From the IMG/VR virus record IMGVR_UViG_3300029931_000005: 64,000 bases of DNA; one strand, given 5' to 3'. This document shows, one piece after another, positions 48,394 through 56,599 of this stretch. This DNA comes from an uncultured virus (IMG/VR IMGVR_UViG_3300029931_000005). Lineage: Duplodnaviria > Heunggongvirae > Uroviricota > Caudoviricetes. A program made the translations under genes and the position numbers. Positions within the stretch are counted from its first letter, which is position 1. Every line of letters starts with the position of its first letter. Under the pieces are notes generated by a model that ran no database searches, was not told where the DNA came from, and saw nothing but the letters and a program-made list of their open reading frames with translations.

Positions 48394-48756
48394 ATGAAAA
48401 AACTTCTTTTACTTCCCCTGCTTTTGATCTTCGCGCTGGCTGCCTGCGGTGGCGGCGGCGGCGTGCCCATCGAGGAGCGCATTATTGGCGAGTGGTCCGG
48501 CCTGCAAACTGCAACGGGCGGACAGAAGGTGCCAGCTACCTGGGAGTTCCTGGAGGGTGGCACGATGGTGGTCAGCGTGGGCGGGATCACCTATGGGGCC
48601 GATTGGTCCGTCGATGGTGACCGGGTAAATATCGCTACGGAGCTAGACCCAGATAACCCCACCTACCGGGATGTTGAATTCGTTTCGGATGACGTTATGC
48701 GGCTCACCAAAGCAGAGTCAGACATCGAAGAGACCTGGACCAGGGTCGAAGAGTAA
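48394..48756 (+). CDS. lipoprotein
   Basis: AAGGAG RBS, MKKLLLLPLLLIFALAAC lipobox; IIGEW lipocalin-like beta domain. Confidence 0.85.
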   Translation: MKKLLLLPLLLIFALAACGGGGGVPIEERIIGEWSGLQTATGGQKVPATWEFLEGGTMVVSVGGITYGADWSVDGDRVNIATELDPDNPTYRDVEFVSDDVMRLTKAESDIEETWTRVEE

Positions 48757-48777
48757 ACGGCCGTTTGTTACAAAAAA

Positions 48778-48818
48778 CAAAAAGAGGCAGACTGATGGGC
48801 TCGGTCTGCCTCTTTTTA
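48778..48818. terminator. bidirectional intrinsic terminator
   Basis: AAAAAGAGGCAGAC...GTCTGCCTCTTTTT between convergent genes. Confidence 0.85.
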
Positions 48819-48857
48819 TGTGGCTGGGTGGAGGGGTGCCACGTAAAAATTATAACA

Positions 48858-49652
48858 TTAGAATGGGGCGTCGCCAATGTGACTCTGTAGCCACTCGTTC
48901 AGGAACGCCATGACCGCCTCGAACCGTCGTTGTGGAATTGCCTTATAGCTGGCCACATTAAAGCGCCGGTACAGCTCTCCATACACTGCGCCGAATTCGT
49001 TACGCTTCGTTTTCTTGCCGATGGCTAACGCCACCGCTTTCACTGCCTGGCTGATCTGCGCCGCTTGTGCCTCCGTGACATGCTTCCCGCTTACGGCCGC
49101 TTCGAGCTGGTCCAGGCGCTCAGCATGCTCACCAAGCTGGGCGCCATGCTCGTTTAGCCGAGCTTCCAGGATGAGCTGCTGCCGGGCCATACGCACCACA
49201 GCCATTGCCATCTGATAAGCCTGTGCCGCCGGGGAATCTTGATGCAGCAGCGCCTCGATGTCCACATCCGGTTCAGTGGTCAAACGGCCGTCCTGAAAGG
49301 CTTCGGCCAATACCTTGTAACATTCGCGCTGGTAGCGGATGAGGCGATCCCGTACGTCTGGATTAACCCGGTCGGCATTGATGCCGAACAACCAACCACT
49401 GATGTAATCCAGCGGCAGACACGTCATCTCCTGCTTGCCGCCAGGTGTGACCGTTACGGTCACACCTTGAACCTCATCGGCCAGCACAGCATCCCGATTG
49501 ATGCGCCGGAGCTGGGGCGACCAGGCCACGCCCAGTCGGTCACACAACGGGCGTACCGGAATCATCACACGGCCGTCACTCATGCGAACGGCCGTGATCT
49601 CATCATCATAGAATAAAACGGTCTTTTGTTCAGTAGGTACCAATTCACTCAT
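48858..49652 (-). CDS. phage antirepressor (P22 AR N-terminal + ORF6C-like C-terminal)
   Basis: PVRPLCDRLGVAW..Q..RI, CLPLDYISGWLFGI, YQRECY; YGELYRRFNVASYKAIP. Confidence 0.9.
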   Translation of the reverse strand: MSELVPTEQKTVLFYDDEITAVRMSDGRVMIPVRPLCDRLGVAWSPQLRRINRDAVLADEVQGVTVTVTPGGKQEMTCLPLDYISGWLFGINADRVNPDVRDRLIRYQRECYKVLAEAFQDGRLTTEPDVDIEALLHQDSPAAQAYQMAMAVVRMARQQLILEARLNEHGAQLGEHAERLDQLEAAVSGKHVTEAQAAQISQAVKAVALAIGKKTKRNEFGAVYGELYRRFNVASYKAIPQRRFEAVMAFLNEWLQSHIGDAPF

Positions 49653-49906
49653 GAGCTGCGTCCTTTGTTGAACAGGCTGCGGGCAATCATTGGCGCGCCG
49701 GCCACTACAAACGCCAGGAGCACTTGCCACCAAACCTCGGTGGGAATGATCAGGTAAAGAGCAAACAACACCAGCAGCGTGCCAATGACCACGGTCGCCG
49801 AGGTGTATTCTTTAGCGAAGTATTTACCCCGAGATGTGTTGAGCAGCATCGCGTAGGTGGCCGCCGCAAGCAGCAGGCCCGCGTATACCAAAAAATTTAT
49901 ATCCAT
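49649..49906 (-). CDS. small 3-TM membrane protein
   Basis: three hydrophobic segments; AGGAGG RBS. Confidence 0.65.
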   Translation of the reverse strand: MDINFLVYAGLLLAAATYAMLLNTSRGKYFAKEYTSATVVIGTLLVLFALYLIIPTEVWWQVLLAFVVAGAPMIARSLFNKGRSS

Positions 49907-50144
49907 CGAAACATCCTCCTGAGTTTGATGCGGAATGTTACCACACACGGCCGTTGCTATCACTCCTCTGGATGGTCACCAAACCACCACAGAAGATCGA
50001 TGGCCAGGTAGACATACGCCAGCAGGGCCAGCACTACGACCCAGCTGGGCAGCGGCAGCTCGCCACGGACTGTCACAAAGATACCGCTGGCGGTGCCCAC
50101 CGGATTTTCTTTGAGCTTTTCTCGAATGTATTTCATGCGCCCTC

Positions 50145-51287
50145 CTAATCAACCCAGGTTTGCACAATTGCATACTGCAACGGGTTCACGTTGCGCTGCA
50201 GCGGTTTGTTGAACATATTTAGATGAGCATGGTCGCCGCAGCCGTCTGCGCCAAAGCACTGCCGTCCGCCTGACCACGTGTTCCCGTTGTTGCCTTCAAA
50301 GCCAATCAACCACCCCTGCTGCACCTGGCTGCCCAGCTTGGCGGTGTAATCCCCGTGCAGCAGCGTGATTACCCAGCAATCATTCTCAATTACCAGGACG
50401 GTGTTGTTGATGCCGTCCACATAGCGCTCGGTGATCTCGCCGGTGATGGGCGAGTACAGCGGGGTGCCTGGCCCGGCGCTCAGGTCGATGGCGTCGTGGC
50501 CATAGCTCTGTCCGTGGCTGCCCTGGGTCAGGCGGGCATACTCGTAGAGTGGCCCAATGCTGCAAGCTTCTTCCGTGCCGATGCCCACGTGCCTCAATAG
50601 GCCAACAGATGCTTTTGCCCGATAGTCCTCATAATATCCAAGCACACGTTGTGCATAGTAGCGGTCCAGCTCTGTGGCACCGCGAGTGTCCATGTTGCTT
50701 GGACCGGCATGGTAGGCCATAATGGCCGTTTCCAGATCGCCGTTGTAATAATCCAGCAGCCAAGTAATGTAGCGCATGCCGCCGCGGATGCTCTGCTCGG
50801 GGTCGTACGGATCTGTCACGCCCAGCTCGGCCGCGGTATCGGGCATCAGCTGCGCCAGACCCATTGCCCCGGCCGGGGAGAGCGCGTCTGGATTCCAGGC
50901 GCTTTCCTGCTGGATGATGCCCATCATCAGCTCAGCCTCAATGGTGTGGCCCAGCTCGTCTGCAATTCTGTAAGTCATTTGCAGATAGCTTGCTGGAGCG
51001 ACTCCGCGCGAGATCGTTGGCACAATTGAAGAATTTTTTTGAACGGAAAAATTTCCGGCGCTTCCAGAATAGAAGTTTTGGGCAACGGCCGTGCCCTGCG
51101 GGGTCTGCACTATAGCCCCCCCTACTACCAAGGCCATGAACAGCATGTACCCTATGAACCAGGTGCGCCAGGCCCACAGGGCCAGCCTGCGGGGGAGGGG
51201 GGAGCGCACGAACACGCGGATCGCCACGTAGGGGCCGAAGGTGAATAGTAGGAAGGGTGCCCAGGCTCTGAGCAAGTGCAAAAGCAT
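50145..51287 (-). CDS. membrane-anchored lytic transglycosylase (SLT) + M23 peptidase
   Basis: QQES..P.ALSPAGAMGLAQLMP.TA, AYHAG; HDAID and HAH M23 motifs; two N-terminal TM segments. Confidence 0.9.
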   Translation of the reverse strand: MLLHLLRAWAPFLLFTFGPYVAIRVFVRSPLPRRLALWAWRTWFIGYMLFMALVVGGAIVQTPQGTAVAQNFYSGSAGNFSVQKNSSIVPTISRGVAPASYLQMTYRIADELGHTIEAELMMGIIQQESAWNPDALSPAGAMGLAQLMPDTAAELGVTDPYDPEQSIRGGMRYITWLLDYYNGDLETAIMAYHAGPSNMDTRGATELDRYYAQRVLGYYEDYRAKASVGLLRHVGIGTEEACSIGPLYEYARLTQGSHGQSYGHDAIDLSAGPGTPLYSPITGEITERYVDGINNTVLVIENDCWVITLLHGDYTAKLGSQVQQGWLIGFEGNNGNTWSGGRQCFGADGCGDHAHLNMFNKPLQRNVNPLQYAIVQTWVD

Positions 51288-51371
51288 GACTGCAACTCGA
51301 TCCCCTACGTTTTTTGCAGCCCTACTGCAAATACTGCAAGGAATTTTGCAGTGATGCAGTCGAGTAGGGGT

Positions 51372-52694
51372 TTAGGCCGCGTTCGGATTGATGGCGTCAA
51401 AATCGCCAAAGCGCTCTTTCCACAACGGCCGTACCTGGTTGTAGTAAGTGCGTTCGGACGCCTTGTATTTCAGCAGGAATTCTTCTACCGACGGCCGTTC
51501 GCGGAAGCTGTCGAACCAAACCCACAGCGTTTCCCGTTTCTGGTCATCAGACTTACCGTTCCATTCTTCGCGCAGGTCATCTTCTTCCAGGTCCAGCTCA
51601 TCCTCGTCGATGAGCGCGTAATCGTCCCAGCTCATGTCGCCATTGCCGGAACGGTCGTTGGCCATGGCCTCCAGCTCATCATAGGGAACCACGTCGGTAC
51701 GCAGGGCAATGTAGGTACGGCCAGTGGTGCCAAGCGAGGCGTAGCATTCATGCTCATTCAGCTCATGGTCCGGCCGCACGTCGTCATACACCTCAGCCAC
51801 GCGCAGCGCCGTGGGGGCCATCGGGAAAACAAACCGGGTGGGCAGCTGCTGACGCAGGATGGCCGGGATGGATTCGTTGGTGGGATACTGCGTACAGATG
51901 TACGGATATACCCCAAAGGCCCGGCCTTGCTCGGCGATTTTGACCAACCGCTTGAGGTGCTTGGAATTGCGGGTGAACTCGCTTACCTCGTCGATGAATA
52001 CCAACAAGTAGGGCAAGTCCGGGGCGCTGTGCAGGTTTAGGCTGCGCTTTAGCTCGTGGTAGCGGTCGATGTTGTTGCACACGCGCAGGTAATCGCCGCC
52101 CGAAATCATGCGGAACAGATTGGCCCGCCGCTCCATCTCTTCCAGGACGGCGAGGATCAGCTGGTCTGCCTCATCAACAGTGTTGGCCAACGGCCGAAAC
52201 AGCAGGCGCAGGCGGCTGTACAGGGAGAAATCGACAGCGCCCACCTTTAAATCAATAAATGCCAGTTGAATGGATCGAGGGTCTAAATAATAGGTAATGA
52301 TGAAATGAACAATAGACATGACGTGGCTAGTTTTCCCAGCGCCGGTGACCCCCACAATTAAACAGCCTTTCAGATCGTTGATGTGGCGATGCACCCATCG
52401 ACGGCTTTTAATATCAACGCCCAGGGCCAGCTCACCCCAACGCATCTTTACTTTGCGCTCCCAGCGCAGCAGCTGCAGCAGCCAGTCCCAGCCAGCAACA
52501 ATGGCCTGCCATACGGCCGTGCGTACCGGCGCCAGGCTTTCGGTCATCAGGAATACAATGCCAACCTCAGCAGCGATTGCCCAGACAACAGCAGCAGCCA
52601 ATGAACCGGTCGCCAGGAACGCACCAAAAAAAGCGAGCACGGCGGCCATCATGTATTCCATTGTGCTCATTGGTTGCTGCTGTTTTTTACTCAT
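51372..52694 (-). CDS. FtsK/SpoIIIE-domain ATPase
   Basis: N-terminal TM; GVTGAGKT, FIDLK, EMERR, VFIDE, GRAFG, TQYP. Confidence 0.92.
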   Translation of the reverse strand: MSKKQQQPMSTMEYMMAAVLAFFGAFLATGSLAAAVVWAIAAEVGIVFLMTESLAPVRTAVWQAIVAGWDWLLQLLRWERKVKMRWGELALGVDIKSRRWVHRHINDLKGCLIVGVTGAGKTSHVMSIVHFIITYYLDPRSIQLAFIDLKVGAVDFSLYSRLRLLFRPLANTVDEADQLILAVLEEMERRANLFRMISGGDYLRVCNNIDRYHELKRSLNLHSAPDLPYLLVFIDEVSEFTRNSKHLKRLVKIAEQGRAFGVYPYICTQYPTNESIPAILRQQLPTRFVFPMAPTALRVAEVYDDVRPDHELNEHECYASLGTTGRTYIALRTDVVPYDELEAMANDRSGNGDMSWDDYALIDEDELDLEEDDLREEWNGKSDDQKRETLWVWFDSFRERPSVEEFLLKYKASERTYYNQVRPLWKERFGDFDAINPNAA

Positions 52695-52696
52695 CG

Positions 52697-52918
52697 TTAC
52701 TGGCCCTGGTCTCTCGGTACAGGCATCACGAACGTTTGGCGGCAGCCCGCCTGTGGAAAGCCGCTCGGTCCCCCATCACAAACGGTTGCCCAGTCGAACA
52801 GCCCGTCATTTATTGCCTGGACCGTCCGCTCAACCACCGTCTCGTGGCTACTGGCGGAGTAAATCTCGCCCGCTGATCCGAGAATCTCATCTTTTGAAAA
52901 CACATAAAACCTTGCCAT
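52697..52918 (-). CDS. hypothetical protein
   Basis: GAGGAG RBS. Confidence 0.5.
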   Translation of the reverse strand: MARFYVFSKDEILGSAGEIYSASSHETVVERTVQAINDGLFDWATVCDGGPSGFPQAGCRQTFVMPVPRDQGQ

Positions 52919-52942
52919 CTCATACTCCTCTTGATGATTTGG

Positions 52943-53530
52943 TTACCGGCAATCCTGGCCAGTAACCTTATAGGCCAGAGCGCGTCGGCGCGCCTGGATG
53001 TTTACGTCTACCGTTTGTTCGGCCAGCTCGCACGTGTCGAGATGGAGGCCGGGATACAGGTGGATGAATCGAATAGCGTTGGGATTCAACGGATCAACGG
53101 CCAGCAGATCGGCGGCCATGTCTACCACGGCCTGCTGGTGGGGAGGGGCTAACTCTTTATACGTGCTGTCGGTCCACTCGACCGGCCACAACCACCAGCC
53201 GAGGATGGGCAGGCCAATGACCACGCCAGCAGCCAGAGCCAGGGTGATGGCCAACTTGGCCTGTCGCCACTCCGCGGCGATGCGGGCAAACATCTGCCGT
53301 AGGCTGTCACCAATCTGGAAGCTGCCGCGTACGGCAGTTTCCAGCCGCACCTGGGTGTTTTGCAAGCGCATCGTGGGCACAGTGGCCGGCTCTTCAACGG
53401 GTGGGCTAACCACATGGATAACCTCATCGTCGTGCGTTTCCACGTCAATGCCGTGCGCCTGTAGATTTGCCACGTGAGCTGCGGGCGCTCCTTCAAATTG
53501 AAATTCGGGTCGGATTCGTTTTTTCATCAC
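52943..53530 (-). CDS. single-pass membrane protein
   Basis: TM segment LAITLALAAGVVIGLPILGWWLW. Confidence 0.7.
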   Translation of the reverse strand: MMKKRIRPEFQFEGAPAAHVANLQAHGIDVETHDDEVIHVVSPPVEEPATVPTMRLQNTQVRLETAVRGSFQIGDSLRQMFARIAAEWRQAKLAITLALAAGVVIGLPILGWWLWPVEWTDSTYKELAPPHQQAVVDMAADLLAVDPLNPNAIRFIHLYPGLHLDTCELAEQTVDVNIQARRRALAYKVTGQDCR

Positions 53531-54147
53531 TATCCTCCAGGGCTCCGCGTGGGAGCTGGTGTCATCACATTCCAGATGCTCATGTCCAGGGTCGGCTCGG
53601 CCGTTGGTGGCCGTGGTGTATACGTGGCAGTCAGCTGCTGGATGATGACGGCCGTTGCCGCTTCTTCCATCGTCAGCGTGGCCGTGGGATCTCCGCCGCC
53701 CACACCATCCGGCGTGGCAGATGTGGGCGCTTCTGGCGTGGATGTGGGCACATCTGGCACGGGGGTAGGGGGGCCACTCGTAGAGATGATGGTCACATCG
53801 CCACCGGTGACAGTTAGCACTGGCTGCGGCGCATCACCATCCAGCCACGGGGCCACACCCAGATCGATGGCATCGCCAACGCTCTGCTGAATCTGGGGAA
53901 CCCATAGCAACGAGTCAGCAATGCCATAGTTCAGTAGCTCTGTGGCAAACGGAATGCCGTACCTCAAACCGATTCCCAGGAATATGGCCACCAATATCAC
54001 CATGAACCATGCATACCGGTCTCCGTCACGTCGCAGCAGAAAAACGGCCGAGGTGACTAGAAACGCCACCAATGCGACGACGAAGATAAACCAACCAAGA
54101 ACGGTCAACGATTGAAAGAAGTTGCGTATGCCGTCTATAATTTCCAT
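53530..54147 (-). CDS. membrane protein with Pro/Thr-rich tail
   Basis: two TM segments, PTP/TAT-rich C-terminus. Confidence 0.7.
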   Translation of the reverse strand: MEIIDGIRNFFQSLTVLGWFIFVVALVAFLVTSAVFLLRRDGDRYAWFMVILVAIFLGIGLRYGIPFATELLNYGIADSLLWVPQIQQSVGDAIDLGVAPWLDGDAPQPVLTVTGGDVTIISTSGPPTPVPDVPTSTPEAPTSATPDGVGGGDPTATLTMEEAATAVIIQQLTATYTPRPPTAEPTLDMSIWNVMTPAPTRSPGG

Positions 54148-54166
54148 CTGGCTGTCCTCCAAAAAC

Positions 54167-54198
54167 AAAAAAGAGGGTCGCAATTGCGACCCTCTTTG
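54167..54198. terminator. strong hairpin with A/T flanks
   Basis: AAAAAAGAGGGTCGCAATTGCGACCCTCTTT. Confidence 0.6.
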
Positions 54199-54306
54199 AT
54201 CTCGAAAATAAAAGCGGATATGATTAGAAGCTGGTAGAGTGGTGTCGGACCAGGTCGCATCTGGTTCGACACCCTCTACCTTCCGCAGATAATTCGTTAA
54301 TTAATT

Positions 54307-54558
54307 TTAATCAGTAAATAAATAATCCTCTGGTATCCCCAAAAACGAGCCAATTTCTTCCTTCAATACACGACGAGCCTCTTCTAAGGTGGGGGCGCGA
54401 TACGCCTTCATGATCAAAGCATTCAACCTGCGTCGTTTCAAATAGAAATCGACTGCTTCCTCGGCTGCTGCGCCAATTGGAATAGGCACACCCGTATCGG
54501 AAATGTCGGCTGCTAGCGCTTCATGTTGTTCGTCTCTTATGCGTACCTGTTTCGCCAT
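54307..54558 (-). CDS. ribbon-helix-helix-like regulator
   Basis: MAKQVRIRDEQHEAL...AAEEAVDFYL. Confidence 0.5.
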   Translation of the reverse strand: MAKQVRIRDEQHEALAADISDTGVPIPIGAAAEEAVDFYLKRRRLNALIMKAYRAPTLEEARRVLKEEIGSFLGIPEDYLFTD

Positions 54559-54891
54559 GTGTTGGTTACCTCGAAGCGTATCGTAGCATATCGCGGAGGC
54601 GGCGTCAATAGTTGTTGATAAATCCATTGAAATATCAACACTTGTCACAAAATAAAACAGCCCCCGGCCAGGAGGATGAACCGGGGGCTGAGTAGGGAAC
54701 GCATCAACCGCTGAGGGAAGGGGGGGGTCAGCGGCTGTGCGGAAACCTCGTGAGTTGTTCGCTTTCGGCCGTATCTACGAGTTGCTCGTGCTGTTCTATG
54801 ACTTCCTCTTTGCTTATCTGTGACGACAGCGCCAGGGCCGCTACCACAAGCACGGATGCCAAAAGACCAAAAACCAACCATGTCAACACAA

Positions 54892-55230
54892 TCAGAACGG
54901 GGTACAAGTCAACCTCGCAATAACGGCCGTAATCAAACGGCGACCCTCTGGATTCGTAGAATGGCAGCATAGGGTCAGAGCCGGGATACGGCCGTTGCCA
55001 ACGGCCTCTTCAATCCACAGCGCGACATCGAGGCCGGTTTTTGCCTCTGCGTTAACGGTGGCCACAGCAAGGCCGCTGGCCAGCACCGGCGCAGCCACCA
55101 GGTACAGGTCATAGTCCAGGCTTGCTTCAACGACCGTTCCCTGGGCCAGGATAGATACCGCTTCCTCGAAGTGCCGCGCCAGCGTCCAGCCAGCTGGGGC
55201 GGGGCGGGCATCGTCGAGCCATAGTTTCAT
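54892..55230 (-). CDS. cyclic-phosphate processing receiver-domain protein
   Basis: MKLWLDDARPAP.GW, SLDYDL, TGLDVA.WIEE, HSTNPEG. Confidence 0.8.
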   Translation of the reverse strand: MKLWLDDARPAPAGWTLARHFEEAVSILAQGTVVEASLDYDLYLVAAPVLASGLAVATVNAEAKTGLDVALWIEEAVGNGRIPALTLCCHSTNPEGRRLITAVIARLTCTPF

Positions 55231-55431
55231 CGGTACGTGACCTCGATGGTGACAGATTTCTGGCTGGCGCTGCCACTGATTGGCAATTGCTTGACAAGCC
55301 TGTAGCCAAGCACCAACCTGCGGCGATCCCCTTGAGGAACGGCCGTGCAGATGGCAGACCACAGACCGTCGCTGTCATTAACATCCAGGTCTGCACGAAC
55401 GTTGGCTGTAAAGTCGCTCTTTCGCATAGTA

Positions 55432-55737
55432 TTAAGTCCTGCCGTTGTCGCTGTGCTGTGCGGGCTGCCATATTAGAGACCTGGCCACCGCTCGTAGAAA
55501 CGGCCGTTCGCCCCATTTCGTGGCCCCAAAACGCAAAATCCATTTGGCCAGATTGCCCACGCCATACAGGGGGAGGTCTGGCTGGTCCAGGCCCAGCACA
55601 TCAGCGGCCAGCTGCGCCAGGTCTACCATCTCGGCCTGCTCAACTCGAATAATCTCGCCACCTACGGCCGTGGGTTCTGCTTCGGTAAATACAGAGCCGT
55701 ATCCGCTGCCCTGGTAATGGATTTCCAGCAGATTCAT
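55432..55737 (-). CDS. hypothetical protein
   Basis: ATGA-coupled ORF. Confidence 0.5.
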   Translation of the reverse strand: MNLLEIHYQGSGYGSVFTEAEPTAVGGEIIRVEQAEMVDLAQLAADVLGLDQPDLPLYGVGNLAKWILRFGATKWGERPFLRAVARSLIWQPAQHSDNGRT

Positions 55738-56276
55738 TCGCCGCCCACCAGTTCCCACGCATCAGGTTCTACTATTAAATACTGCCACCAGGGTGGCGCA
55801 GTGTGGTGCTCCAGGGCATCGAACGGAACAACCCACAATGTCACGAATCCTTGGTGTGGATGGTAAACCTCGCGATATGTTGGCACAACCGCGCCGCCGG
55901 TGTCGAGGCAGTGGCGCAGCCCCAAATGCTCGATCTCCAATTTGAAATCAAACCACTGCGGCAGGCACGCGCCAGACCATCCGTACATGGCCTCGGTAAC
56001 GGCCGTGCCGCCAGCCATGTGCGCAGGGTCCTCGTTGCAGTTGATGTTCTCAATCACACGGCCGTCTGCGGCATAGCACAGCGCCGGGTCATACCAGGAA
56101 AGCCAGAGCGGCAGCTCCTCCAACGGTGGCAGCGGGGGCGGGCACTCATTGATCAATACCAGGATGTCGGTACGGCCGTCTGACCAGCACCCCCCCACAA
56201 AGTCCTTTTTGCCGTCTCCAGTAGGGGGGGCAACCAACAGCGCGGCCAGGATGATCGGTAACGGAGGTTGTGGCAT
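55734..56276 (-). CDS. secreted protein, possibly 3D/RlpA-like fold
   Basis: hydrophobic N-terminus; SWYDP..C...NC, MAGG, CLDTGGA. Confidence 0.55.
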   Translation of the reverse strand: MPQPPLPIILAALLVAPPTGDGKKDFVGGCWSDGRTDILVLINECPPPLPPLEELPLWLSWYDPALCYAADGRVIENINCNEDPAHMAGGTAVTEAMYGWSGACLPQWFDFKLEIEHLGLRHCLDTGGAVVPTYREVYHPHQGFVTLWVVPFDALEHHTAPPWWQYLIVEPDAWELVGGE

Positions 56277-56395
56277 CAGATGGTCACCGACTGCTGCGCC
56301 TGGATGAAAAAATAAATACCAACACCAAGCGCGAGCGAAAGAAGTACACCGACGACGATAACCAGGATGCGCCATACTTTACTTTTCAGCATCAT
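56276..56395 (-). CDS. single-TM peptide (not in ORF track)
   Basis: MMLKSKVWRILVIVVGVLLSLALGVGIYFFIQAQQSVTI; TGATG overlap with next gene. Confidence 0.55.
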   Translation of the reverse strand: MMLKSKVWRILVIVVGVLLSLALGVGIYFFIQAQQSVTI

Positions 56396-56599
56396 TAACA
56401 CGCTTTTTCTCCTGTACAATCATACTCCTGATAATTCGCATTATCACGAGTATGATTATATTCAACCCCTCTGCCCTGTTTTGTTCGCCGTGCAATCTCC
56501 CACCTTGCAATCCCTTTCATGAGTTTCTAAAAACACGGTTGCGGAAGTTCATGCGCTGGTTGCTTCCAGCCACGGCATCAATATCGGCCTCCTCGGCCG

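Noticed and set aside
54232..54281. Long hairpin containing GGTTCGA, tRNA-like
   Set aside because: Folds as one stem-loop; no cloverleaf, D arm or CCA end
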